The position numbers and the translations under genes are program-made. The notes under the pieces were generated by a model that did not search any database, was not told where the DNA came from, and saw nothing but the letters and a program-made list of their open reading frames with translations. From NCBI GenBank assembly GCA_964549315.1, contig CAZJUY010000007.1:37567-101566 (forward strand): 64,000 nucleotides of DNA, in the 5' to 3' direction. This document shows positions 26,938 through 37,263 of the stretch, piece after piece (position 1 is the first letter of the stretch; the number at the start of each line of letters is the position of its first letter). The DNA is from an uncultured Chitinophaga sp. (GTDB taxonomy: Bacteria; Bacteroidota; Bacteroidia; 2-12-FULL-35-15).

Positions 26938-29631
26938 TTATTTTTTAAGAAGCATTTTTTCTTTTTTATTTACACCAAACTCTAAAATACGATCAATAAA
27001 ATCGTATGGTTTGTAGCCATTGATGGCTGTTTGATGAAAGATACAAGTAGCGGGTGTCATACCTGGCAATGAATTTACTTCAATAAAAATTATTTCCACT
27101 TTTTCATCGTTGTTTATTCTTACAAAAGCATCAATACGGCAATATCCTTGAACATTTAGAGCTTTTGCTGCATTGCCCAATGTTTGTTTTACGATATCTG
27201 AAATTTTTTGTCGTTCTGCAGGGTCGGCAGAATAGCGAGCAGGTGTGATGTTTTGTCCTTGTCCTGCAAGGAATTTTTCTTCTAAGGATAAAACTTCTCC
27301 TTCGCTTAAGGCTTCAGATGCCTCAAATACTTCGTAAACAATATCTCCATTTTTATCATATTTTGTAAGCATTCCACCTGTAATTTCTAAAAAATGTTTT
27401 GCCTCTTTTCTGCTAATTAATTCTTCAACAAGTATTACATTTTTTTGTGGAAATTCTTCTTTATCTTTTATATGTAACAAATCTGCTGCTAATTGATTTA
27501 GCATTTCTTGTTTGCGGAAAATAAGTGTAGCAAAAGCATTAAACTCTTCGGGTGTTTTTATTTTTTTTACTGCAGAAGAACATCCATCGTCAACAGGCTT
27601 TGCTATAAAAGGATATTTTATTTTTTCTTTGATAGTTTTTAAAACGGAATCTTTATCAGAACTCCAATCTTTTTCGGCAACAAGTAAATGTTCTGCAACT
27701 AAAAAACCATTTTGTTTTAAAATTTCGTTTGTTCTGTATTTATCAATTGTAATTTGTGAACTATCTACACCACTTCCGTTATAAGGCAACCCTATTTTTT
27801 CTAAATTTGCTTGAACAGCACCGTCTTCGCCTGGCCTGCCATGCAGTGCAATAAATACAGCATCCACCGTTTTTGCTAATTCATCATAAGTAAACCGTTT
27901 TGGTTTTGCTAAATTATCTGCACTCACATATTTAGTTGTAATGGATGATGCTTCATCAATAATCTGTTTTACTAAATCATGAATTTTATAGTTTTCAATT
28001 TTTTCTTTTATATCATCTGCATTGTCCTTCAACAAAATATTGATTGGAATTTGATACATGATGTGTTCATCTGCATTGCCCGTTAAAAAAATGGGAATAG
28101 GTTCATATTTAGTAGAAGAAGCTAATTTTTCGTAAATATTTCTTCCGCTTTCAACAGAGATATGTCTTTCAGATGAGTAACCGCCAAGGATTACAGCAAC
28201 TTTGATTTTCTTAGTAGTTGATGATTTGTCCTGCTTTATTGATTCATCCAATTGATTTAATAATTTTTTAAATACAACTGCATATGAGTTAGCTTTTATT
28301 CGTTGTGCCAAAGAAGTACGAATAATATAGGTCAAAAATTGAGATGGATTCAATCCTATTTCTGCAGCTTGATGAAAGAAAAAAGAAGAAGGCATCATCC
28401 CAGAAGTAGTATTAGGATCATTCAAAAATATTTTTCCATCTGTAGAAAGGAAGCCATCAATACGAGCATACACATCAAAATTTAAAGCATAAAATAATCG
28501 TTCACATTCTTTTCTTATTGCTTGAATTTGCTCGTTAGGCAAATCAATTGGTGTAATTTTTCTTGATAAACCAGGCAAGTACTTTGAACGATAATCAAAC
28601 AATTCTTTTCCTTTTCTTATTTCAGTTGGAGGCAGAGCGATTGCTTTCCCATTTTCATCTTGAGCAACAATACATGAAAATTCTTTGCCATCAATAAATC
28701 CTTCAATTAACACAGTTGTTTCACCATCTATTGCTTCTAAAACGGCTCCTTCTTTTTCTGTTGTAAATAGTTTATCTAAAAAAGAAATTAAATCGGCAGG
28801 ATGATTTATGATTGTTGAATTGATTTTTACTGGTAACGAAATTCCTTCACGAATATCTGCAAGCACACGAACAAAATTATTTTTTTCTTCTGCTGATTTG
28901 TTTTTCCATTCTGTTGCATCTACCCATTTTGTGAAAAAAGCTTTCTCCACAGCTTCCATAAAAGAGAAATTATCATCTTTTGAAAGAATAGTTACACCAA
29001 TAGATGAACCTTGGTTAGCTGGTTTTATAACTAATGGAAATCCAATTTCTTTTTTTACTTTTTCAAAAACACCTTTGCAATTCCCAGTGATATAATCGTT
29101 TTTATCAATTGTAATAAATTTCGGACTATTGAATCCTGCACTCACCATCATTCTTTTTTGAATGCTTTTATCAATACCAATTGCAGAAGGCAAAACACCA
29201 GAGCCTGAATATGGGATTCCTAAAAATTCAAACAGACCTTGAATCTTCCCGTCTTCACCAAATGGACCATGTAAACACAAAAAAGCAAAATCAAAATAAG
29301 TTCTTAAATCATCTGCATTGATTTTTTTTCCAATTTTATTTATCATTTCAAGTTGATCTGAAGCGTCAAATTCTCCAATTTGCTCAGCATACACTTGAAA
29401 ATCGCCTTGTTTATTTGGTATAAATTCTACTGGAGGATAAAAATCACGAACACTGCCTTTGTAAATAAATTCCCAATTGAGTAAAACAAAATTTCCAAAA
29501 CTATCTACAAAAACAGGTACAGCATCAAAAAGTGATTTGTTTAAATTGTCATAAACAGTTCTTCCGCCAGCAAATGATATTTCTCGCTCCTTTGAAAATC
29601 CACCGAAAATGATTCCTATTTTTATTTTCAT
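26938..29631 (-). CDS. ddl: Tandem two-domain D-alanine--D-alanine ligase family protein (897 aa)
   Basis: Two full Ddl motif sets: GGFSKEREIS / GGYSSERHIS, LHGPFGEDG / LHGRPGEDG, KPANQGSS / KPVDDGCSS, RIDGF / RIDAF, DPNTTSGM / EVNSLPGM. Confidence 0.88.
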   Translation of the reverse strand: MKIKIGIIFGGFSKEREISFAGGRTVYDNLNKSLFDAVPVFVDSFGNFVLLNWEFIYKGSVRDFYPPVEFIPNKQGDFQVYAEQIGEFDASDQLEMINKIGKKINADDLRTYFDFAFLCLHGPFGEDGKIQGLFEFLGIPYSGSGVLPSAIGIDKSIQKRMMVSAGFNSPKFITIDKNDYITGNCKGVFEKVKKEIGFPLVIKPANQGSSIGVTILSKDDNFSFMEAVEKAFFTKWVDATEWKNKSAEEKNNFVRVLADIREGISLPVKINSTIINHPADLISFLDKLFTTEKEGAVLEAIDGETTVLIEGFIDGKEFSCIVAQDENGKAIALPPTEIRKGKELFDYRSKYLPGLSRKITPIDLPNEQIQAIRKECERLFYALNFDVYARIDGFLSTDGKIFLNDPNTTSGMMPSSFFFHQAAEIGLNPSQFLTYIIRTSLAQRIKANSYAVVFKKLLNQLDESIKQDKSSTTKKIKVAVILGGYSSERHISVESGRNIYEKLASSTKYEPIPIFLTGNADEHIMYQIPINILLKDNADDIKEKIENYKIHDLVKQIIDEASSITTKYVSADNLAKPKRFTYDELAKTVDAVFIALHGRPGEDGAVQANLEKIGLPYNGSGVDSSQITIDKYRTNEILKQNGFLVAEHLLVAEKDWSSDKDSVLKTIKEKIKYPFIAKPVDDGCSSAVKKIKTPEEFNAFATLIFRKQEMLNQLAADLLHIKDKEEFPQKNVILVEELISRKEAKHFLEITGGMLTKYDKNGDIVYEVFEASEALSEGEVLSLEEKFLAGQGQNITPARYSADPAERQKISDIVKQTLGNAAKALNVQGYCRIDAFVRINNDEKVEIIFIEVNSLPGMTPATCIFHQTAINGYKPYDFIDRILEFGVNKKEKMLLKK

Positions 29632-29660
29632 ATTTAAAGTTGATGCTTTATAGTCTTTTA

Positions 29661-29668
29661 CAAAAATA
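29661..29668 (-). promoter_or_regulatory. -7 box TATTTTTG upstream of ddl
   Basis: CAAAAATA on plus strand, 29 nt from the start codon. Confidence 0.5.
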
Positions 29669-29681
29669 AGATTAAGTGTTG

Positions 29682-30266
29682 CTAACTTTTGTTAATTGCA
29701 TTTAAGTATTCAACAAGTTTATTAACTGCAATAGCACGATGGGATATTTTGTTTTTTTCTGACAAGTCCATTTCTGCAAATGTTTGATTATGGCCATTCG
29801 GAACAAAAATAGGATCGTATCCAAAACCTTGCGTCCCTCTTTTTTCTTCCAAAATAGTCCCATTTACTACACCTTCAAATAGTTTTTCATTACCATTTAT
29901 CACAAGAGAAATAACCGTTTTAAAACGAGCTTTTCTGTTTGTAATTCCTTTTAATTCCGTTAAAATTTTATCCATATTAGCATTTGCATCTTTTGCCTCT
30001 CCCGCATATCTTGCCGACAATGCCCCAGGTTTACCACCTAAAGCTTCAACTTCTAAGCCCGTATCGTCAGCAAAACAATTGTAGTTGTAATTGTTTTGTA
30101 CAAAAAAAGCTTTTTGAGATGCGTTTCCTTCAATTGTAGCTTGTGTTTCTGGCACTTCTTCCAAACAGTTTATGTCTATTAAGCTAAGTATTTCAATGCT
30201 TTTAGGAATAAGCGATTGGATTTCTTTTGCTTTATTTTGATTGGCTGTGGCAAATACGAGTTTCAT
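29682..30266 (-). CDS. rdgB: Non-canonical purine NTP pyrophosphatase (RdgB/HAM1)
   Basis: [38 protein letters not shown]. Confidence 0.95.
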   Translation of the reverse strand: MKLVFATANQNKAKEIQSLIPKSIEILSLIDINCLEEVPETQATIEGNASQKAFFVQNNYNYNCFADDTGLEVEALGGKPGALSARYAGEAKDANANMDKILTELKGITNRKARFKTVISLVINGNEKLFEGVVNGTILEEKRGTQGFGYDPIFVPNGHNQTFAEMDLSEKNKISHRAIAVNKLVEYLNAINKS

Positions 30267-30355
30267 TAATTAGTGTTTTTAATAAATAAGAATACAAAAA
30301 TGACAATAATAGTTTCAAATTCTTAATTTTGGTAGCAATAAATGAAACATTAAAA

Positions 30356-31513
30356 ATGCCTATTTCAAAAATACCATTTAATAAACCTTATTTTACTGGA
30401 AAAGAAACGCAATATATTCAAAATGCTGTGAGGCTTGGTAAAATATCAGGTAATGGTATTTATACAAAAATGTGTCATGAGTTTTTTGAAGAAAAATATG
30501 AGTTTAATAAATGCCTTTTAACTACTTCGTGCACAGATGCATTGGAAATGGCAGCTATATTAATTGGTATAAAGCCTGGAGATGAAGTGATAATGCCTTC
30601 ATTCACATTTGTTTCTTCTGCTAATGCATTTGTGTTGAGAGGAGCAAAAATTAAATTTGTTGATAGTAAAAACGACCATCCAGGAATGGATGAAGAAAAA
30701 ATAGAAGAGTTAATTTCACTTCAAACAAAAGCAATAGTTGTTGTTCATTATGCTGGTGTTGCTTGTGATATGGATAGAATTATGGATATAGCGAATAAGC
30801 ATAATTTATTTGTTATTGAAGATGCTGCACAGGCAATTGATAGTTTTTATAGTGGGAAGGATGGCATAAAACGACCACTCGGTTCTATAGGACATTTAGC
30901 TGCTTTTTCGTTTCATGAAACAAAAAATATAATTTCAGGAGAAGGGGGAATGTTGGTTATTAATGATAAAAAATTTAAAAAACGAGCTGAAATTGTTTGG
31001 GAAAAAGGGACTAACCGTGCTGCATTTTATAGAGGCGAAGTTGATAAATACGAATGGATTGATATTGGATCTTCATTTTTACCTTCAGAAATTATTTCAG
31101 CTTTTCTATTTGCTCAATTGGAGCAGTTACAGAAAATCCAAAATAAAAGAAAAAAATTGTGGCAACATTATTTTTTAAAGTTGGAACAATTAGTTAAATT
31201 ACATGGGTTCAAATTGCCAATAATTCCTAGCTACGCAACAAATAATGCTCATATTTTTTATTTGGTTTGTAGTTCCGAAGAAGAGAAAAATGGTTTAATA
31301 AATCATTTAAAACAAAATGGTATTGATGCAATATTTCATTATCAATCATTAGCCGCATCAAAATTTTATTCAGAAATGATGGAAAATGAAACAAAAGAAA
31401 ATGCAAATAAATTTTCTAATTGTTTAATAAGGTTGCCTATGTTTTATGAATTAAAAATAAGAGAAGTGGATTTTATTTGTAATTCAATTTCAAACTTCTA
31501 TAGAAAGGAATAA
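30356..31513 (+). CDS. rffA: dTDP-4-amino-4,6-dideoxygalactose transaminase-like (DegT/DnrJ/EryC1/StrS family)
   Basis: IPFNKP, LTTSCTDALEM, VHYAGVACDM, EDAAQA, SFHETKN (PLP lysine), GEGG, WEKGTNR. ATG 30356; -7 box TAATTTTG at 30324-30331. Confidence 0.88.
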   Translation: MPISKIPFNKPYFTGKETQYIQNAVRLGKISGNGIYTKMCHEFFEEKYEFNKCLLTTSCTDALEMAAILIGIKPGDEVIMPSFTFVSSANAFVLRGAKIKFVDSKNDHPGMDEEKIEELISLQTKAIVVVHYAGVACDMDRIMDIANKHNLFVIEDAAQAIDSFYSGKDGIKRPLGSIGHLAAFSFHETKNIISGEGGMLVINDKKFKKRAEIVWEKGTNRAAFYRGEVDKYEWIDIGSSFLPSEIISAFLFAQLEQLQKIQNKRKKLWQHYFLKLEQLVKLHGFKLPIIPSYATNNAHIFYLVCSSEEEKNGLINHLKQNGIDAIFHYQSLAASKFYSEMMENETKENANKFSNCLIRLPMFYELKIREVDFICNSISNFYRKE

Positions 31514-31514
31514 T

Positions 31515-32597
31515 TTATTTTGGTAAAAGAGTTTTAAATGCATCAAGATAATTTTGCTTATTAGCTTCTACCGAGTAGTATTTTACCACTGTTTCTCTGC
31601 CAGTTTTTCCAATTTCTTTTCGTAATGATTCCGATTCAATTAATAAGGAAAGCTTCTCAACCCACTCATTTTCAGAAGAGGATAAAAAGCCATTTATTCC
31701 ATCTTGAATTATTTCTGTGTTTACACCAACGGGAGACATGATAGTAGGTATTTCCAAAGCCATGTATTGTAGCCCTTTTAATCCACATTTTCCTTTTGCC
31801 CATTCATCATCAGGTAAAGGCATAATGCCAATATCAAAAGATGATAAGTCCTCAATTTCTGTGTTTTTATTCCAAGCCATTCCTGTTATATCAAGTGCTT
31901 GGTTTTTGTAGTTTTTATCGCCAATAACTTTTATTTCAATCTTACTGCCATACTTATCTTTTATTTTCTTAAGAATGTTTACTGAAAATTCAAAATGCTG
32001 AATAGTAGTAATGCTACCGCTCCAGCCAATAGTAATTATGTTTTTGGGAGGGAGAATTGTTTTTTTATATTCTTCTGTATCTATTGTTGTTGGAATAATT
32101 ATTACGTTTTTATTAAACTGAGAGGCATAGTTTTTTAGATAATTATTGCCAGCTAAAATTAATGATGAATAGGATATTATTTTGGAAGTTTTATCTGGAT
32201 TTTTAAGCCACACAAACGTTTTGTTTGCATCGGAAACATTTTGTAGCCAAATAGAATCATCAAAATCGAAAATTAATTTTGCTCCAGATTTTGAAAAACG
32301 TTTTTCAAAAAAACTTGAACCAAGCATAAAACATTCACGTTGTATAAATATTATTTCAAATTCTTTAGCCCTGTTTAATTCTTTAATTCTTTTTAAAAAG
32401 CTTTTGAAAACAATGGCTACTTTAGGGAAAAAATGTCCTTTGCTGTAGAAAATAGCATCGTCTTTTTCATTCAATAAAAAGGAAAAATCGTATTCAAATC
32501 CATTAGCCTTAAAAAAATGGAGATATTGTTCAAAACGAAAACGTTGACTAGGAGAGCGGTTGGGGCGATGTAGTGTAAGAAATAAAATTTTTGGCAT
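31515..32597 (-). CDS. Glycosyltransferase family 4
   Basis: SQRFR, DFDDSIW, GWSGS, DIGIMPL, KCGLKGLQYMA; GT-B C-terminal motif. Confidence 0.88.
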   Translation of the reverse strand: MPKILFLTLHRPNRSPSQRFRFEQYLHFFKANGFEYDFSFLLNEKDDAIFYSKGHFFPKVAIVFKSFLKRIKELNRAKEFEIIFIQRECFMLGSSFFEKRFSKSGAKLIFDFDDSIWLQNVSDANKTFVWLKNPDKTSKIISYSSLILAGNNYLKNYASQFNKNVIIIPTTIDTEEYKKTILPPKNIITIGWSGSITTIQHFEFSVNILKKIKDKYGSKIEIKVIGDKNYKNQALDITGMAWNKNTEIEDLSSFDIGIMPLPDDEWAKGKCGLKGLQYMALEIPTIMSPVGVNTEIIQDGINGFLSSSENEWVEKLSLLIESESLRKEIGKTGRETVVKYYSVEANKQNYLDAFKTLLPK

Positions 32598-33599
32598 TTA
32601 ATCTTCTAACCAAACTTTTGGTAATTTTTCTAATATTTCAATTCCTTTAAACTTATCACTGCTTTTTACTCCTGTAGTTTTTGCCCAATCAGCCATTTTT
32701 TTTATTCCATCAGAGAGAGAAATAAAACCATCGCCTTTTATTCCAAAAATAGTTTTCATTTTACTATGATCGGAGTAAGCGTGTTGTACCTCATTTCTGG
32801 CATCTAAATGTCGTAATGGTTGTTGAATTTGCATAGCTCGCATAACCTCTGTTGCTAGTTCTTTTACAGAATATTCATTATCTCCACCAATGTTAAAAAC
32901 TTGGTTGTAGGCCTTTTGAATATTAACAGCATTTGCAATATGTGGAGCTACATCTCCAATATAACTGAAAGCTCTAGTTTGTGTTCCGTCTCCAAACACT
33001 GTTAATGCTTTACCTTGCATCAATTGATTCATAAATATTCCGACTACATTTCTGTATCTGTCGCCAATATTCTGATATTCTCCATAAACATTATGAGGTC
33101 TAAAGATTACATAATTTAAACCAAACATTTCGTGTGTGGTTTTTAAGTCCATCTCAACTGAATATTTAGCAATACCGTAAGGGTCTTCTGGCATTGGAAC
33201 CATATCTTCTCGCATGGGTAACTGCCCCTTACCATAAACGGCAATGGAGGAAGTAAAAACAAAGCATTTTATTTTATGAATAACAGATTGGTTGATTAGA
33301 TTAACACTACCAATTACATTGTTTGTGTAATTAAATCGTTTAATAAAATGACTTAACCCTTCAGCAGCATATGCTGCTAAATGATAGACATAATCAAATT
33401 TTTCTTCGGAAAATAATTTTTCTAATAAAGCGTAGTCATTTATTGAGCCATGGACAAATTTGGCATTCGGATTAATGTTTTCTTCAAAACCGCCACTAAG
33501 GTCATCTAAAACCACAACAGAATGCCCCATTTGAATCAAATGATTTGTAACGTGTGCTCCAATAAATCCTGCGCCTCCAGTAACTAGTGATTTTAGCAT
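32598..33599 (-). CDS. NAD-dependent nucleotide-sugar epimerase/dehydratase (extended SDR)
   Basis: TGGAGFIG, HLAAYA, SSIAVYG, YGIAK, NVYG. -7 box TACATTTG at 33621-33628 (minus). Confidence 0.9.
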   Translation of the reverse strand: MLKSLVTGGAGFIGAHVTNHLIQMGHSVVVLDDLSGGFEENINPNAKFVHGSINDYALLEKLFSEEKFDYVYHLAAYAAEGLSHFIKRFNYTNNVIGSVNLINQSVIHKIKCFVFTSSIAVYGKGQLPMREDMVPMPEDPYGIAKYSVEMDLKTTHEMFGLNYVIFRPHNVYGEYQNIGDRYRNVVGIFMNQLMQGKALTVFGDGTQTRAFSYIGDVAPHIANAVNIQKAYNQVFNIGGDNEYSVKELATEVMRAMQIQQPLRHLDARNEVQHAYSDHSKMKTIFGIKGDGFISLSDGIKKMADWAKTTGVKSSDKFKGIEILEKLPKVWLED

Positions 33600-33713
33600 A
33601 AGAACCTATGTTGATTTGTACAAATGTAATAAATAGAAACAAAAATCTGGCAATAAAATAATTTTGAGTCCAGTCAATTATATTTGTTAAATTTAACTCG
33701 AAAAACTAATTTT

Positions 33714-34535
33714 ATGGAATACGAGATAAAACCTGAAAAAAAGTTTAGTCTTAATTTTAAAGAAGTTTGGAGTTATAAAGAACTATTCTATTTTTTTACT
33801 TGGCGTGATATAAAAGTAAAATATAAACAAACTGTACTTGGTTTTTTGTGGGTTTTGCTTCAACCATTGGCCATGACTATCTTATTTAGTTTGAGTTTAG
33901 GGAAAGTTATTTCTAATGCTTCTGAAATTAATATGCCTTATCCTTTATTTGCTCTAAGTGGATTAATGATTTGGAATATTTTTTCTTCAGGAATTACGAA
34001 TTCAGGTAATAGTATGATTACGAATTCAAATATCATTAAAAAGGTTTATTTTCCTAGAATTATTATTCCTGTTTCTTCAATTTTGGTTTCCTTGTTCGAT
34101 TTTTTTGTTACGTTTTTTATTTTTTTTTGTGCTATCATTTATTATAACGTAACAATTGATATAACACATTTTTTATTTTTTATGCTTATTAGCATATTAA
34201 TTATTACCATTTCAACTTTGGGTCTAGGTTGTTTATTAGCCGCATTAAACTTAAAATACAGAGATTTTAGATATATTATTCCATTTTTATTACAAGGCTT
34301 ATTGTTTTTAAGCCCTATTATCTATCCAATTTCTATTATTACTAACCAAAAAATAAAATACTTTTTGGCTTTAAACCCTATTTATTCAGCAATTGAATTT
34401 TCAAGATACTCTATAATAAAGCAAGAGATGGATGTGACATTGATGTCGATAAGCGTTTCATCCGCATTGTTTTTTTTATTGTTTGGAGTTTATTATTTCA
34501 AAAAAACAGAATTGTTTTTTGCCGATATCGTTTAA
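33714..34535 (+). CDS. wzm: Polysaccharide ABC exporter permease (Wzm)
   Basis: WRDIKVKYKQTVLG.LW.LLQP, KKVYFPR, YRDFRYIIP, SPIIYP, LNP; ATG 33714 preferred. Confidence 0.92.
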   Translation: MEYEIKPEKKFSLNFKEVWSYKELFYFFTWRDIKVKYKQTVLGFLWVLLQPLAMTILFSLSLGKVISNASEINMPYPLFALSGLMIWNIFSSGITNSGNSMITNSNIIKKVYFPRIIIPVSSILVSLFDFFVTFFIFFCAIIYYNVTIDITHFLFFMLISILIITISTLGLGCLLAALNLKYRDFRYIIPFLLQGLLFLSPIIYPISIITNQKIKYFLALNPIYSAIEFSRYSIIKQEMDVTLMSISVSSALFFLLFGVYYFKKTELFFADIV

Positions 34536-34537
34536 CT

Positions 34538-35776
34538 ATGAAACCAATTTTAGAAATCCAAAATATTTCAAAAAGCTATAACATTCATTCTCAGAATCAA
34601 GCTTATTTGAGCTTTAGGGACTCCTTGGTATCGTTGTTAAATTTCACGAAAACGAAAAAAGAAAAGTTTTTCGCTTTACAAGACATATCATTTACTATTG
34701 AACCTGGTGATACATTTGGGATTCTTGGCAAAAATGGAGCTGGAAAATCTACACTTTTAAAAATTCTTTCAAAGATTACTCCTCCAGATTCTGGGAAGAT
34801 CATTTCTAGAGGAAGGATTGCAAGTCTATTAGAAGTGGGTACAGGTTTTCACGCAGAATTATCAGGTAGAGAAAATATTTTTATGAATGGTTCCATACTG
34901 GGGATGAAAAAAAATGAAATAAAGAAAAATTTTGATGCAATTGTAGAATTTTCAGGCGTAGAAAAATTTATAGATACTCCATTAAAACATTATAGTTCAG
35001 GTATGCAGTTGCGTTTGGCTTTTGCAGTTGCGGCATTTCTTGAAAATGAAATTTTAATTATTGATGAAGTTTTGGCGGTAGGAGATGCAGACTTCCAAAA
35101 AAAATGTATAGGTAAAATGAGCGAAATAAGTAAAAGTGGAAGAACTATATTATTTGTAAGTCATAATATTTCAGCTGTTAAGAATTTATGCAACAAAGGA
35201 ATAGTTTTAGAGGGAGGGAAATTAATATTTCAAGGAAATTCACAAGATTCAATTCAGTTTTATCAATCATCAAGCATATCAAACAATAGCTATTTACATA
35301 AAGGCGCCATTGATTCTGCAATTGGCAATGAAAATATTAGAATAATCGAATTTAAAGTAACTCCATTAAAAGGAAACATGATTGAAACTTCTTCTGGTTT
35401 TATATTTGAGTTAGTATTTTATAACTATTCTGAAAAAATTAATTTGGATGCAACATTCGAATTATCCTCGATTGACGATGTTGTAATTTTCCATTCGGGT
35501 GTAGTAATAACAGATTCAAAAGATTCTGAAATAGGATTATATAAGGTAAACTGTACGTTTCCTGCGAATATATTAAATGCAGGTATGTATAAATTCAAAA
35601 TTATTTTTGGAAAAAACAGAAAAGAGCTTCTCTATATGCATTCTAATATTGTAGATTTTGAAATATTGAATGAAAAACTTGGTGTGATTCATCAGCATAC
35701 TGTTCCAGGTGTACTGACGAATAAGATAATTTCAGACATAAAAATTTCTACAATAGAAGATAATATTTTAAATTAG
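34538..35776 (+). CDS. wzt: Polysaccharide ABC exporter ATPase (Wzt) with C-terminal carbohydrate-binding domain
   Basis: [46 protein letters not shown]; ~160-aa beta-rich C-terminal extension. Confidence 0.92.
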   Translation: MKPILEIQNISKSYNIHSQNQAYLSFRDSLVSLLNFTKTKKEKFFALQDISFTIEPGDTFGILGKNGAGKSTLLKILSKITPPDSGKIISRGRIASLLEVGTGFHAELSGRENIFMNGSILGMKKNEIKKNFDAIVEFSGVEKFIDTPLKHYSSGMQLRLAFAVAAFLENEILIIDEVLAVGDADFQKKCIGKMSEISKSGRTILFVSHNISAVKNLCNKGIVLEGGKLIFQGNSQDSIQFYQSSSISNNSYLHKGAIDSAIGNENIRIIEFKVTPLKGNMIETSSGFIFELVFYNYSEKINLDATFELSSIDDVVIFHSGVVITDSKDSEIGLYKVNCTFPANILNAGMYKFKIIFGKNRKELLYMHSNIVDFEILNEKLGVIHQHTVPGVLTNKIISDIKISTIEDNILN

Positions 35777-35799
35777 GAATAACTTATAAACTAGATTAC

Positions 35800-36249
35800 A
35801 TGATCCATAAACTTGCAGATGTGCAGACTTCAAATATTGGAAAAGATACAAAAATATGGCAATTTTGTGTTGTACTTAAAAGTGCTGTAATAGGTAAAAA
35901 CTGCAATATTAATTGCAATGTATTTATCGAGAATGATGTAATAATTGGTGATAATGTTACAATAAAACCTGGTGTTCAGATTTGGGACGGTATGAGAATA
36001 GAAGACAATGTTTTTATTGGATCTAATGTTACATTTACGAATGATAAATATCCAAAGTCAAAAGTTTACCCAGCAAAATTTGAAAAAATAATTATCAAAA
36101 AGGGTGCTTCTATTGGGGCTAATTCAACTGTGATTGGTTCTGTTACAATAGGAGAAAATGCGCTGATAGGGGCTGGAAGTTTGATTTCTAAAGATGTTCC
36201 TCCCAATACCACGTGGTATGGAAATCCAGCAAAAATGAAACAGTCTTAG
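35800..36249 (+). CDS. Hexapeptide-repeat sugar N-acetyltransferase (FdtC/WxcM-like)
   Basis: [35 protein letters not shown]. Confidence 0.85.
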   Translation: MIHKLADVQTSNIGKDTKIWQFCVVLKSAVIGKNCNINCNVFIENDVIIGDNVTIKPGVQIWDGMRIEDNVFIGSNVTFTNDKYPKSKVYPAKFEKIIIKKGASIGANSTVIGSVTIGENALIGAGSLISKDVPPNTTWYGNPAKMKQS

Positions 36250-36252
36250 TCT

Positions 36253-37209
36253 ATGGAAAACACTATTCTGGGGACCCCACAAGTAACAATAGGTGTTATA
36301 TGTTTTAATACAGGGAACTACGTAGTTGAGGCTATCGAATCTTTACTAAATCAGACGTATAAAAATTTCGAAGTAATTATTATTGATGATAATTCTACTG
36401 ATGGAAACTCAGTTCAAATTATTGATGATTATTTGAAAAGGGAAAAACTTAATTTTAAATTTATAAAGAAGGATAAAAATCAGGGATTAGCAAAAAATTT
36501 TATTGAAATATCTAATCTAGCGAGTTTAAATAGTAAATATTTTTCCTGTATTGGAGATGATATTTGGCATCCTGATTTTTTATATGAAAATATTATGGCA
36601 TTAGAAAACTCTGATAATTCTGTTATTGCAGCATTTTCAGATTCTTTAGTTGTCGACTATAAAACAAAAAAAACAATTCGTGAAGACGTATTTTTTTCCA
36701 AAAAAAATACAAATAAGTTGTATGAGAAAATTTTAGTCAATAAACAGGGTAACTATTATCATCTAAAAAGTGAAATTTTATTCGATGCACTGCTTGTGGC
36801 CAATTTTATTAATGCAATTTCTGTAGTGTTTAAAATTGAGCAATATAGCATTGCTGGGAAGCATGATGTTGATTATAATGTAGAGGATTATCCTACTTGG
36901 GTTAAGTGGGCAAAAAACGGTTATGATTTTATATATATCCCCAAAACATTATCTACTTATAATATTCATGGTGCAAATTATTCAGTTAGATATTCATCAA
37001 AAGTTTATGATGCAGGTTTGAAAGTTCAAATGAAATATTTTAAATATTCTACATCTTCGGAGGTTTTGGTAAGTGTTTATTTTAAATTGTTAGGAGAAAG
37101 CAAATCCTTTATTCAAAAGTTTAATTCCTTTTTTAGAATTGTTAAGCTTAAGCCAAAAGCTTTTTTTATTATTCCAGTTGCTATAGCTATTAGAAAGTTA
37201 AACTTTTAA
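36253..37209 (+). CDS. Glycosyltransferase family 2
   Basis: IESLLNQTY, IIIDDNSTD, NQGL, GDD.W, EDY..W. Confidence 0.88.
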   Translation: MENTILGTPQVTIGVICFNTGNYVVEAIESLLNQTYKNFEVIIIDDNSTDGNSVQIIDDYLKREKLNFKFIKKDKNQGLAKNFIEISNLASLNSKYFSCIGDDIWHPDFLYENIMALENSDNSVIAAFSDSLVVDYKTKKTIREDVFFSKKNTNKLYEKILVNKQGNYYHLKSEILFDALLVANFINAISVVFKIEQYSIAGKHDVDYNVEDYPTWVKWAKNGYDFIYIPKTLSTYNIHGANYSVRYSSKVYDAGLKVQMKYFKYSTSSEVLVSVYFKLLGESKSFIQKFNSFFRIVKLKPKAFFIIPVAIAIRKLNF

Positions 37210-37263
37210 TCAAAGAAATAAATCTAATATATCATTATATTTGTTTTGTTTTTAAACGTCAAC

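Noticed and set aside
33600-33713. Invertible promoter at the divergent glycan-locus promoter region
   Set aside because: No flanking inverted repeats and no recombinase seen; it looks like two ordinary divergent -7 boxes.
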